Part shown: one piece after another, positions 36,689 to 46,197 of the stretch
How positions within the stretch are numbered: position 1 is the first letter of the stretch
Layout of the letters: every line of letters starts with the position of its first letter
NCBI GenBank assembly: GCA_902606525.1
Contig: CACLGW010000001.1
Span: forward strand, 11,303-75,302
Direction of reading: 5' to 3'
Source of the DNA: an uncultured Bacteroidota bacterium
GTDB taxonomy: Bacteria > Bacteroidota > Bacteroidia > Flavobacteriales > Flavobacteriaceae
DNA length: 64,000 bases
The notes under the pieces: generated by a model
Databases searched by the model: none
What the model was told of the DNA's origin: nothing
Seen by the model: only the letters and a program-made list of their open reading frames with translations
Made by a program: the position numbers and the translations under genes

Positions 36689-37486
36689 ATGTTTGAAGGA
36701 ATCTTAAAAAAAATGACATCAGAAATTAATAGTCCTATCAATTATTTTCTGCATATGAATGAGGGTTTTATTCATCTAAATCAGTGTATAGGTAAAAATT
36801 TAATTATAAGCCATAAAGGCTCCCAATGTTTAAATTGTTTAAAAGAACTACCAATTTTTAGACAAGGCTTTTGTAAATCTTGTTTTTTTGAAAGTCCTGC
36901 TGTAGGAGATTGGATCATGCGGCCAGAATTAAGTAAGGCCCACTTAGATCAAGTAGATCGTAATTTGGAATATGAAAAGAAAATCCAACTTCAGCCTCAC
37001 GTAATTTATCTAGCCCTAAGTAGTCATCTAAAAGTAGGTGTTACAAGAAAAAGCCAGTTACCTACCCGATGGATTGACCAAGGAGCACATGAAGCTATGA
37101 TTATCGTCGAGCTACCAAATCGCTATTTAGCGGGTATTGGAGAAGTTGCTTTAAAAGATTTTTTTTCTGATAAAACCAATTGGAGAAAGATGTTACAAAA
37201 CGAATCACAGCCTATTAACTGGAATGAAGCATTTAATAAGGCAATTGACCATTTACCTAACGAACTTAAACTTTACGTGAAACCAATAAAGCAAAACATA
37301 GAAAAGATCTATTTTCCAGTAGATTTTTACCCAAGTAAAGTGAACAGCTTAAATTTGTCAAAAACATCTCTTTATAAAGGAAAATTAACAGGTATTCGAG
37401 GACAATATCTTTTATTTGAAGACCAAACAGTTTTTAACATCCGTTCTAATGAGGGTCAAAGAATTAAACTGCAACTTAGTTTTTAA
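36689..37486 (+). CDS. DUF2797-like protein (Cys4 motif)
   Basis: CLNC...CKSC cysteine pairs, about 265 aa. Divergent from the GH3 gene. Confidence 0.6.
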   Translation: MFEGILKKMTSEINSPINYFLHMNEGFIHLNQCIGKNLIISHKGSQCLNCLKELPIFRQGFCKSCFFESPAVGDWIMRPELSKAHLDQVDRNLEYEKKIQLQPHVIYLALSSHLKVGVTRKSQLPTRWIDQGAHEAMIIVELPNRYLAGIGEVALKDFFSDKTNWRKMLQNESQPINWNEAFNKAIDHLPNELKLYVKPIKQNIEKIYFPVDFYPSKVNSLNLSKTSLYKGKLTGIRGQYLLFEDQTVFNIRSNEGQRIKLQLSF

Positions 37487-38213
37487 AGTTTTTTTGAGAA
37501 TTAGATAGCATAGCTTGCAATTCAATCATCTCATTTTTTGTCAAATCTCTGTAACACCCAACTTTAGTGTTAAGTTTAATATTCATGATACGAATGCGTT
37601 TTAGTTTAATAACTCTATAGTTTAAGTACTCACACATTCTTCGAATCTGACGGTTTAAACCCTGAGTTAGGATTATGCGAAACTGGTTTTTATGAATTTG
37701 TTTTACTAAGCATTTTTTAGTAACCTGATCCAATATACGAACTCCATTTTCCATTTTATCAATAAACTCATTTGTTACTGGTTTATTAACTGTTACCAGG
37801 TATTCTTTTTCATGACTATTCCGTGAACGAAGAATTTTATTAACGATATCACCATCATTAGTCAGTAGAATTAAACCTTCACTCATTTTGTCTAAACGAC
37901 CAATTGGAAAAATACGACTAGGATAATTAATATAATCAATAATGTTATCCTTTTCTATTCTTGTATCTGTTGTGCATACAATTCCTTTCGGTTTATTGAA
38001 AGCAATATAAATATTATCTTCTAAAAGGTCTTCAACAATTACACCATCTACTTCTATTTTATCTTGAGGTGTTACTTTTTGACCCATTACAACTGCTTTC
38101 CCATTTACTTTGATTCGGCCTTCTTCAATAAATTTATCTGCACTTCTCCGAGAACAATGCCCTATTTCACTCAAGTATTTATTTAAACGAGTTTCAGTTT
38201 TTTTCTCTTCCAT
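37476..38213 (-). CDS. RsuA/RluF-family rRNA pseudouridine synthase with an S4 domain
   Basis: RLNKYLSEIGHCSRRSADKFIEEGRIKVNG (S4 domain). Catalytic GRLDKMSEGLILLTNDG. Confidence 0.85.
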   Translation of the reverse strand: MEEKKTETRLNKYLSEIGHCSRRSADKFIEEGRIKVNGKAVVMGQKVTPQDKIEVDGVIVEDLLEDNIYIAFNKPKGIVCTTDTRIEKDNIIDYINYPSRIFPIGRLDKMSEGLILLTNDGDIVNKILRSRNSHEKEYLVTVNKPVTNEFIDKMENGVRILDQVTKKCLVKQIHKNQFRIILTQGLNRQIRRMCEYLNYRVIKLKRIRIMNIKLNTKVGCYRDLTKNEMIELQAMLSNSQKNFKN

Positions 38214-38216
38214 AGC

Positions 38217-38918
38217 TTAAATATCAATTTCATCTGTAGGGTTTAATTTAAAGGTCTTTCTAAAAATACCTACAAAGAGATAAAGAAGCGGTGTATCTAT
38301 GGCTGCTACAATTATCTTAAAAAGAAAACTAGAAATAACAAGTCCCCAAAATAGTTTCCATTCTAGTACCCCAAAAACGCTTAATAATCCGACAACTAAT
38401 ACAGTATCAATTAATTGAGAGCTAAAAGTCGAAAAATTATTTCTGAGCCATAGCATTTTACCCTTAGTAAGTCTTTTCCAAAAATGATAAATTCGAATAT
38501 CTAAAAATTGGGCTAACAGATAGGCAATCATAGATGCCAAAACTGCAATAGGAGAAAGAGCAAATACTTGGTTAAATGTATTATCATCGATTGGAGAATT
38601 TTCAATTGCGGGAGCCACATTTGCAATAAGCAGAATTCCCATTGAAAAGAAAGAAGCAAAAATCCCTGTAATTACTACTTTATTGGCCATTTTTTTCCCA
38701 TAGATTTCGGAGATCAAATCAGTAATTAGAAAGGTAATGGGATATGGAAGAATACCTACTGATAATTCAAAAAGTGGGTTTCCCATAACCTTTAAGCCAA
38801 ATGGATACCAATAAAAAAATTTCTGAAAAATCAAATTTGAAACTACCAAAGAAGTTATAAATAAGCTTGCCAGAAGCAAGTATATATTTTTAGCTAGTTC
38901 CCTTTTTTGAATTGTCAT
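38217..38918 (-). CDS. yhhQ: Queuosine precursor transporter (YhhQ/DUF165 family)
   Basis: Polytopic membrane protein. ...VGILPYPITFLITDLISEIYGKK... signature. Confidence 0.8.
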   Translation of the reverse strand: MTIQKRELAKNIYLLLASLFITSLVVSNLIFQKFFYWYPFGLKVMGNPLFELSVGILPYPITFLITDLISEIYGKKMANKVVITGIFASFFSMGILLIANVAPAIENSPIDDNTFNQVFALSPIAVLASMIAYLLAQFLDIRIYHFWKRLTKGKMLWLRNNFSTFSSQLIDTVLVVGLLSVFGVLEWKLFWGLVISSFLFKIIVAAIDTPLLYLFVGIFRKTFKLNPTDEIDI

Positions 38919-40685
38919 TTAACGAATTTCAAGTTTATAGGGAAGTAGTGCCTGTATATAGGGGAGAGGGCTTGATGATGTATTATTTTTCAATTGTAAT
39001 AATATTTGATTTGGCACTAGATTTTTTAAAGAATTGTTTATTTGAAGTGAAGGTGTGATTCCTTTTACCATATTTTCTAAACTTTCTTCGAACTTTGGAT
39101 ATTCAATAATATTATATTCTTTAAGTTCGAGGTTTTTTGCTGCTAAATTAATGGCATCTTGTAGCCCTCCTAAATTATCTATAAGACCTAATTCTAGTGC
39201 TTGTTTTCCACTCCAAACCCTTCCTTGTGCAAGATTTTCGACAGCCTCAGGACTTAAGTTTCTACCCATGGCAACCCTTTCTTTAAATATATCATAAATA
39301 TTTTCAATCCCCCTAATGATTTGTTTTTCAAAGGGTTTGCTTAGTGCTTGGTAGGGACTGTAACCAAGAGCGTTTGGATGAGTCTCCACTGATTGGGCTT
39401 GGATTCCGATATCATCTAAAAAACTTTTTGCATTGGGTAAAGTAGCAAATACCCCTATTGATCCAGTAATGCTTAAAGGATCTGCGAATATATGATTAGC
39501 ACCAGCAGCAATGTAATAACCACCAGATGCAGCAACATTTCCCATTGATACAATTACTGGTTTTGATTCTTTCAAATTTTCAATTGTTCTCCAAATTAAT
39601 TCTGAAGTCAAAGCACTTCCTCCGGGAGAATCTACCCTAATGACAACAGCTTTGATCCAATCATCTTTTGCTAACTCTTCTAGCGTCTTGACAAAAACAC
39701 CTTGTGCTATTATGGATTCAGAACCCTCTCCATATAAAATAGGACCTTTAGCAAAAACAACTGCAATTCTATCTCTAATTGAAGCATCATAATCAACTTT
39801 AGAACGATTAACTCTTTTTACACTAACTATTTTAAGTTTTTCTTTATTATCAAGTCCTAAGCGTGTTTTAATTTTTTTATCAAAAACGTCTTCATAAACT
39901 AAATCGTCTACCAGCTTTGATAAAACTGCATCTTGTGGAATAGCAATTTCGTTATTTGCTGCAAGTTCATCTAACTTGTTAGAATCCAAATCTCTTGATA
40001 TTGATATTTCATCTCTAAGAGTAAACCATATGTCATTGAGTAAGCTACTTATTTGAAACTTATTTTCAGAACTCATTTCATTCTCCAAGAAAGGTTCTAC
40101 TGCACTTTTGTATTTTCCATGGCGAACAACTTCCATTTTAAATCCATAATTATCTTGAAAATCTTTGTAATAGAGAACTTCGGAAGCAAGCCCCTTAAAC
40201 TCCATTGATCCTCCAGGATTTAAGAATACAGAGTCTGCTACTGATGCCAAATAATAACCTTTCTGAGTAAAAACATCACCATATGCATAAATGAATTTTT
40301 CTTTAGATTTAAAATCATTTAAGGCTTTTCTTATGCTATTAGTTTGAGCCCATCCAGCTGAGAGAAAATCAGAGCGAAGCCTTATTCCTTTAATTTTTGA
40401 ATTTTCCCCTGCTATTCGAATTGCAGAAAGAATATCTGGTAAACCGATTACTTCTTCTTCAATTCCTAAAAGATTTTGAATTTCATCAAAAACAGGCGGG
40501 CGTTCAACGATAGGAATATTCAAATCAAGATCTAGAACACTATTACTGCTAAGTGAGCTTACACCCGTTTGAACATTAATAATACTCGCAGTTGCAGATA
40601 TAATCAGAAGAAGAATAACAAATAAAAGGCCTAAGGCAGTAAGAGAACCTAAAACTGAGGCTAAAAAACTTTTAAAAAAATTCAT
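38919..40685 (-). CDS. sppA: Signal peptide peptidase SppA, 67K type
   Basis: Two ClpP-fold halves. VDSPGGSALTSE and GNVAASGGYYIA motifs. N-terminal TM anchor. Confidence 0.88.
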   Translation of the reverse strand: MNFFKSFLASVLGSLTALGLLFVILLLIISATASIINVQTGVSSLSSNSVLDLDLNIPIVERPPVFDEIQNLLGIEEEVIGLPDILSAIRIAGENSKIKGIRLRSDFLSAGWAQTNSIRKALNDFKSKEKFIYAYGDVFTQKGYYLASVADSVFLNPGGSMEFKGLASEVLYYKDFQDNYGFKMEVVRHGKYKSAVEPFLENEMSSENKFQISSLLNDIWFTLRDEISISRDLDSNKLDELAANNEIAIPQDAVLSKLVDDLVYEDVFDKKIKTRLGLDNKEKLKIVSVKRVNRSKVDYDASIRDRIAVVFAKGPILYGEGSESIIAQGVFVKTLEELAKDDWIKAVVIRVDSPGGSALTSELIWRTIENLKESKPVIVSMGNVAASGGYYIAAGANHIFADPLSITGSIGVFATLPNAKSFLDDIGIQAQSVETHPNALGYSPYQALSKPFEKQIIRGIENIYDIFKERVAMGRNLSPEAVENLAQGRVWSGKQALELGLIDNLGGLQDAINLAAKNLELKEYNIIEYPKFEESLENMVKGITPSLQINNSLKNLVPNQILLQLKNNTSSSPLPYIQALLPYKLEIR

Positions 40686-40704
40686 TTAAAATGTATTGAT
40701 GCCA

Positions 40705-40712
40705 CAAATATA
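40705..40712 (-). promoter_or_regulatory. -7 box TATATTTG for sppA (minus strand)
   Basis: Plus-strand CAAATATA. 19 nt upstream of the sppA ATG at 40685. Confidence 0.45.
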
Positions 40713-40720
40713 GGGTTTTG

Positions 40721-40728
40721 TAGCTTTG
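40721..40728 (+). promoter_or_regulatory. -7 box TAGCTTTG for the folK-fusion gene
   Basis: Exact TAnnTTTG. It overlaps the track's TTG start (40726), which argues for a downstream start. Confidence 0.4.
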
Positions 40729-40749
40729 TTGATATTTTTAAATTTAGTT

Positions 40750-41865
40750 TTGAAAGATCAAATTTTTATTTCTTTGGGTAGCAATTTTGGAGATCGATTA
40801 AACTCTATATATAAAGCATTAGCCTTGATTGAGTCATATCCAATTTTAATAAAGTCTATATCAAAAGTTTATGAAACACCAGCATGGGGGTTTGAAAGTG
40901 ATCCTTTTTACAATGCCTGTATTAGCCTTGAAACAAAACTGAAGCCCAAAGATCTTTTAGATGCTCTTTTACAAATAGAACTAAAAATGGGAAGATCTCG
41001 ATCTTCAGAAAAAGGATATAGTTCAAGAATTATTGATTTAGACTTACTTTTCTATGGGTATAAAAAAATATTTTCAGCAGAATTAAAGGTGCCCCATCCG
41101 AAATTGCACAAACGTAATTTTGTTTTGGTTCCTCTTTTTGAAATTTCCCCTAAATTTAAACACCCTATTTTACATCAAACAATTGAGCAATTACTTAAAA
41201 AAACTTCAGATAAATCAATATCAATTCCTTTGCCTTTTGATTTGGAACTCCCACCAATTTTTAAATATTTCCCATTTATAGCAATAGAGGGTAATATTGG
41301 TGCTGGGAAAACAACTTTAGCTAAAAGAATATCAAAACATTACAATGCAGAATTATTATCAGAATCTTTTATAAAAAATCCCTTTTTAGAAGACTTTTAT
41401 AAAGACCACAAAACTAATGCTCTAGTTTTGGAGAACTTTTTCTTAGAAGATCGATTTAAAAATGATACCAATTATTGGAAAAAACAACATGATATTGTAG
41501 TTTCAGATTTTTCTCTATATAAATGTTTAGTTTTTGCTTCAGAAAATCTAAATCCTAAAGAATATAGAATTTTTAAAAAAAGATTTGATATGGAGATTAA
41601 ATTGAAAAAAATCCCTAATCTTCTAATTTTCCTAAAATCTAGTATTCCTAGGTTATTAAATAATATAAAAATAAGAGGTCGTGAATATGAAAAAAATATT
41701 GACCAAGACTATCTCGCAGGAATTAAAAAAGGATACAAGAAATTATTTAAGCAGAACTTGCCTTTTCCAGTTTTAATAATTGATGTAAATGAAGTAGATT
41801 TTGAAAAAGATCAAAATTCCTTTAATAGTATACTCAGGTCAATTTTTAGGTCTGAGTCTTTGTAA
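40750..41865 (+). CDS. folK: Fusion protein: HPPK (2-amino-4-hydroxy-6-hydroxymethyldihydropteridine diphosphokinase) + deoxynucleoside-kinase-like domain
   Basis: N-terminal half has IFISLGSNFGDR...WGF...RIIDLDLL...HP (HPPK). C-terminal half has P-loop IAIEGNIGAGKTTLA and lid RGREYE (dNK family). Track start 40726 (TTG). I prefer TTG 40750, giving MKDQIFISLGSN. Confidence 0.8.
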   Translation: MKDQIFISLGSNFGDRLNSIYKALALIESYPILIKSISKVYETPAWGFESDPFYNACISLETKLKPKDLLDALLQIELKMGRSRSSEKGYSSRIIDLDLLFYGYKKIFSAELKVPHPKLHKRNFVLVPLFEISPKFKHPILHQTIEQLLKKTSDKSISIPLPFDLELPPIFKYFPFIAIEGNIGAGKTTLAKRISKHYNAELLSESFIKNPFLEDFYKDHKTNALVLENFFLEDRFKNDTNYWKKQHDIVVSDFSLYKCLVFASENLNPKEYRIFKKRFDMEIKLKKIPNLLIFLKSSIPRLLNNIKIRGREYEKNIDQDYLAGIKKGYKKLFKQNLPFPVLIIDVNEVDFEKDQNSFNSILRSIFRSESL

Positions 41866-42376
41866 AGAAATCCCAGATAATTAAACCTGTTGCTACACTT
41901 ATATTTAGGGAATGTTTCGTTCCAAACTGTGGGATTTCAATTGATTTATTACAAATATTGATCACTTTTTGATTTACACCATGAACTTCATTCCCTAAAA
42001 TAAAAGCATAAGATTTATCCAATTCAGGGTAAAAAGTATCTAAAGAAATCGAGCCCTCTGTTTGTTCTATTGCGCATACCAATTTACCTTCAGATTTTAG
42101 TTTTTTGACAACATCTATTGTTGAGTCTACATATTCCCAATGAACATTTTCTGTAGCACCTAAGGCAGTTTTGTGGATATCTTTATTTGGAGGGCAAGCT
42201 GTTATTCCACACAGATAAATCTTTTCAATTAGAAAAGCATCTGCTGTACGAAAAACAGATCCAATATTATTTAAACTTCTAATATTATCCAATACTATTA
42301 TTAGAGGCGTTTTTTTAGAAGCTTTAAAATCATCTATTGATTTACGCTTTAGTTCTTTGTTTTTAAGTTTCCTCAT
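41846..42376 (-). CDS. TrmH/SpoU-family RNA 2'-O-methyltransferase
   Basis: NIGSVFRTADAF, FILGNEVHGV and IPQFGTKHSLNISVATG motifs. Confidence 0.85.
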   Translation of the reverse strand: MRKLKNKELKRKSIDDFKASKKTPLIIVLDNIRSLNNIGSVFRTADAFLIEKIYLCGITACPPNKDIHKTALGATENVHWEYVDSTIDVVKKLKSEGKLVCAIEQTEGSISLDTFYPELDKSYAFILGNEVHGVNQKVINICNKSIEIPQFGTKHSLNISVATGLIIWDFFTKTQT

Positions 42377-42392
42377 AAATTATCAGAAAAAA

Positions 42393-42400
42393 CAAAAATA
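42393..42400 (-). promoter_or_regulatory. -7 box TATTTTTG for the TrmH-family gene (minus strand)
   Basis: Plus-strand CAAAAATA. 16 nt upstream of the ATG at 42376. Confidence 0.45.
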
Positions 42401-42486
42401 CATACTCTAAAATTTATGAAGGGATTTGCATCATTGTTTTTGGGGAAACTTTCAAATTTTAAATACATTCGTAAAAATCAATCTTT

Positions 42487-45084
42487 GTGCCAAAAAAAGT
42501 AAAAGAGACCCCACTTATGAAGCAATATAATCGCATTAAGGCGAAATATCCTGATGCTTTGTTGCTATTCCGTGTTGGAGATTTTTATGAAACTTTCGGA
42601 CATGACGCAGTAGAGGCATCAAAAATTCTTGGGATAATTCTAACAAAACGTGGAGCTGGAAGTACGAGTGAAACCGAGCTTGCTGGCTTCCCTCATCACT
42701 CTATAAATACATATCTACCTAAACTTGTAAAGTCTGGTTGTCGTGTTGCGATTTGTGATCAGTTAGAAGACCCTAAAATGGCCAAGACAATCGTTAAACG
42801 AGGAGTCACAGAATTAATCACCCCAGGGATTTCACTTCATGATGATGTTTTAGATCAAAAAAAAAATAATTACTTAGCAGCTGTTTTTTATAATAAACGT
42901 TGGGGAGTTTCTTTTTTGGATATATCTACAGGAGATTTTTTAGTTTCAGAAGGGAATGTGGAAGAAATTGAACAATTACTTCAAAGTTATATTGCTAGTG
43001 AGGTACTAATTCCTAAACCTAAAAAACAAATTTTCAAAGAACATTTTGGTACACAATACCCATGCTTTTATATGGAAGATTGGTCTTTTGAAATTGACAC
43101 TGCAAAGCAAAAATTAATCTCGCATTTTAAAACTCATTCCCTAGAAGGTTTTGGGATTAAAAACTATGATGTAGGGATTTGTGCTGCTGGGGCAATTATG
43201 CACTACCTTTCTGAAAATCAGCATGATAAACTTAAGCATATAAACCGAATTGCTCCAATAATTAAAGACAAACACGTTTGGTTAGATCGATTTACTCAAA
43301 GAAATCTAGAGCTTTTTCAGCCTAATCATCCTGAAGGTGTACCCTTAATCAATATTATTGATCAATCTAAGACAGCCATGGGAGCACGTCTATTAAGAAG
43401 ATGGTTAGCTTTTCCATTAAAAGATATAAAGCCAATTGAAGGAAGACAAAAATACGTAAAAGAGTTTTTGCAAGAGGAATCACTTTTAGAAGGAACACTG
43501 GAAGCACTTTCACAAATTATTGATATAGAGAGAGTAATGGCTAAAATAGCAACAGAGAAAATTTCTCCCAGAGCATTAAATCAATTAATAAACTCGCTTA
43601 AAGTTATAGAAAAACTTAAGATTAGAATCAATAATGAAAAATCATTAATTTTAAAAAAACACTTTGAGGGCCTTCCTTCTTGTCAAAATATTTTGACTTT
43701 ACTAGAAAAAACCTTACACAAAGATGCCCCTGTTTTAGTTTCCAAGGGAAAAGTCATTGCCGAAGGATTCTCAGAAAAGTTAGATCATTTACGAAATTTA
43801 AGAAGCACATCTCAAGCTCATTTAGACGCGATGTTGAAAAGGGATACTGATCTAACTAAAATACCCTCTCTTAAAATTGCATTTAACAATGTCTTTGGCT
43901 ATTATATCGAAGTTAGAAATACTCACAAAGATAAAGTACCAAAAGATTGGGTTCGCAAACAGACTTTGGTAAACGCTGAACGCTACATTACAGAAGAATT
44001 AAAAAATTTTGAAACAGAAATTCTTCAGGCAGGAGAACTTATTCAAGCCTTAGAGCAAGAACTTTTCAAAGATTTAGTTGAAAATTTGCAAAAGAATCTT
44101 GAAGTTTTAAAAGAAAATGCAACTGGAATAGCTCGGCTGGATGTGCTCAGTAACTTTGCAAAAATGGCAAAAAAGAATAACTATTGTCAACCAAAAATGA
44201 CACTGGATACTTTTTTAGATATAAAAGGTGCAAGACATCCAGTAATTGAAAAACAATTACCCTTGGGTACTCCCTACATTTCTAATGATCTATACTTAGA
44301 TAGAAAAGAGCAACAAATCATTATGATTACCGGACCAAATATGTCAGGAAAGTCAGCATTACTTCGCCAAACTGCTTTGATTTCTCTTTTAGCTCAAATG
44401 GGAAGTTTTGTTCCTGCAACCAAGGCCACTTTAGGGATTGTAGATAAGATTTTTACTCGTGTAGGAGCCAGTGATAATATTTCCGTAGGAGCTTCGACTT
44501 TTATGGTCGAGATGAATGAGACTGCTTCTATCCTAAATAATATTTCTGAAAGAAGTTTAGTCTTATTGGACGAAATAGGCAGAGGAACAAGTACTTACGA
44601 CGGAATATCCATCGCTTGGGCAATTGCTGAATATTTACATGGGCATCCGTTTCGACCAAGAGTTCTATTTGCTACTCACTATCATGAATTAAATGAAATG
44701 ACTCAGGTTTATTTAAGAATTAAAAATTTTAATGTGTCTATAAAAGAGACAAAAGATGATGTTTTATTTTTAAGGAAACTAGTTCCGGGTGGGAGTGCGC
44801 ACAGTTTTGGAATTCATGTTGCAAAAATGGCAGGGATGCCCCAACACGTTTTAGGAACTGCAAAGGCAAAACTAAAAACTTTAGAAAATTCACACGATCT
44901 AAAAAAAGATTCTCTAAAAAATGACTCTGATTCGGACTTACAAATGAGCTTTTTTAACCTAGACGACCCTTTACTTGAATCTATAAGGGAAGAGATCAAA
45001 GCGCTAGATATAGATTCACTAACACCAGTTGAGGCCTTAATGCAGTTGAATAATATCAAACAAAGACTTTCTCGAAATAAGTGA
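42487..45084 (+). CDS. mutS: DNA mismatch repair protein MutS
   Basis: N-terminal TPLMKQY...YPDALLLFRVGDFYE. Walker A GPNMSGKS. DEIGRGTSTYDG. GTG start. Confidence 0.97.
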   Translation: MPKKVKETPLMKQYNRIKAKYPDALLLFRVGDFYETFGHDAVEASKILGIILTKRGAGSTSETELAGFPHHSINTYLPKLVKSGCRVAICDQLEDPKMAKTIVKRGVTELITPGISLHDDVLDQKKNNYLAAVFYNKRWGVSFLDISTGDFLVSEGNVEEIEQLLQSYIASEVLIPKPKKQIFKEHFGTQYPCFYMEDWSFEIDTAKQKLISHFKTHSLEGFGIKNYDVGICAAGAIMHYLSENQHDKLKHINRIAPIIKDKHVWLDRFTQRNLELFQPNHPEGVPLINIIDQSKTAMGARLLRRWLAFPLKDIKPIEGRQKYVKEFLQEESLLEGTLEALSQIIDIERVMAKIATEKISPRALNQLINSLKVIEKLKIRINNEKSLILKKHFEGLPSCQNILTLLEKTLHKDAPVLVSKGKVIAEGFSEKLDHLRNLRSTSQAHLDAMLKRDTDLTKIPSLKIAFNNVFGYYIEVRNTHKDKVPKDWVRKQTLVNAERYITEELKNFETEILQAGELIQALEQELFKDLVENLQKNLEVLKENATGIARLDVLSNFAKMAKKNNYCQPKMTLDTFLDIKGARHPVIEKQLPLGTPYISNDLYLDRKEQQIIMITGPNMSGKSALLRQTALISLLAQMGSFVPATKATLGIVDKIFTRVGASDNISVGASTFMVEMNETASILNNISERSLVLLDEIGRGTSTYDGISIAWAIAEYLHGHPFRPRVLFATHYHELNEMTQVYLRIKNFNVSIKETKDDVLFLRKLVPGGSAHSFGIHVAKMAGMPQHVLGTAKAKLKTLENSHDLKKDSLKNDSDSDLQMSFFNLDDPLLESIREEIKALDIDSLTPVEALMQLNNIKQRLSRNK

Positions 45085-45172
45085 GGTGGAAACCATGAAA
45101 TAAAAGGGTTGATTTTTTGATTTAAAACATTGAGCCATATTTAGATTTTATTTTAAATTTACAGACCATTTC

Positions 45173-45244
45173 GCGAAAGTAGCTCAGGGGTAGAGCATCA
45201 CCTTGCCAAGGTGAGGGTCGCGGGTTCAAATCCCGTCTTTCGCT
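45173..45244 (+). tRNA. tRNA-Gly (anticodon GCC)
   Basis: Hand fold. Acceptor GCGAAAG/CTTTCGC. Anticodon stem TCACC/GGTGA with loop TTGCCAA. T-arm GCGGGTTCAAATCCCGT. Confidence 0.9.
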
Positions 45245-45253
45245 CTGTCATTT

Positions 45254-45338
45254 GCTCGGATGGTGGAATTGGTAGACACGTTGGACTTAAAATCCAATGA
45301 CCATTGCGGTCGTGCGGGTTCAAGTCCCGCTCCGAGTA
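45254..45338 (+). tRNA. tRNA-Leu (anticodon TAA), long variable arm, CCA not encoded
   Basis: Hand fold. Acceptor GCTCGGA/TCCGAGT. Anticodon stem TTGGA/TCCAA with loop CTTAAAA. T-arm GCGGGTTCAAGTCCCGC. Confidence 0.9.
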
Positions 45339-45340
45339 CA

Positions 45341-45380
45341 AAAGGAGAGATGAATGCAAGTTCCTCTCCTTTTTTATTTT
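45341..45380 (+). terminator. Rho-independent terminator after the tRNA pair
   Basis: Stem AAAGGAGAG / CTCTCCTTT, followed by TTTTATTTT. Confidence 0.6.
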
Positions 45381-45447
45381 AAATAATCGACAACTATTAG
45401 GATTATAAGTTTTTTTTTATATTTATTATAATTAATATATCATCAAT

Positions 45448-46122
45448 ATGAAAAAATTATTATTATTTTTTATAGTGTTAACCTTAAGTGCTTGTAACAA
45501 TGTTGTTACTGAAGCCCCTTTAATGGAGGAGACAAAAACAAATGGAGAACCTGACGGACCTCATACTTCAAATGAATGGAAAATATGGGCTTACAGTACT
45601 GCAGCTCCCTCATTTATTGCTTCGGGATGCACAGTAGTGGATGTTGATGGGACTGTGCTTAGAGAAGGTAATAATGGATGGACAGCTATGGCAGGTAATC
45701 CCAGAGGTATGTCAGATCCGGAGAATGGATGGAAAGACCCGCACGAAGCAATGCCAATGGTTGCAGATGCTCAAGGTATGAAATGGGCCATGGCCTATAT
45801 GGGTGGGACAAAACCTGAACTAGATTACGATGGATGGATGTATATGTTACATGGTGATATGGGAGAAGATAATTCCGTAGGAATGAGATTGAGTATTGAT
45901 AGTGATGGAAAAATTGATATAAAGGAAAAAGAGACAGCAGCTGAAGGTCAATGGATAGTATCTGGGCCTCATTTAATGTTAATGCCTAAAGATCCAAATT
46001 CTCTTAAGGGTTTAACTACTGATTTTAATTCTGGTGGTCCATACATTATGTTTCAGGGAACAGGATATGATCACGTTATGATTCCAGTTGAGGGATATTA
46101 TGATTACCAACCCAAACAATAA
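45448..46122 (+). CDS. Met-rich lipoprotein of unknown function
   Basis: Lipobox LSAC. Met/His/Asp-rich core (HEAMPMVADAQGMKWAMAYMGG...WMYMLHGDMGEDN). No family recognised. Confidence 0.55.
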   Translation: MKKLLLFFIVLTLSACNNVVTEAPLMEETKTNGEPDGPHTSNEWKIWAYSTAAPSFIASGCTVVDVDGTVLREGNNGWTAMAGNPRGMSDPENGWKDPHEAMPMVADAQGMKWAMAYMGGTKPELDYDGWMYMLHGDMGEDNSVGMRLSIDSDGKIDIKEKETAAEGQWIVSGPHLMLMPKDPNSLKGLTTDFNSGGPYIMFQGTGYDHVMIPVEGYYDYQPKQ

Positions 46123-46197
46123 ATAACTCCGAATAACTTGATATAAAAATAACCTCCTTGCTAAAAAGGAACTGGTATTTATTAGAAGTCTGAAAAG

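Noticed and set aside
38900-38940. Looked for a preQ1 riboswitch upstream of the queuosine-precursor transporter gene
   Set aside because: The yhhQ start (38918) abuts the sppA stop (38919), which leaves no leader for a riboswitch.
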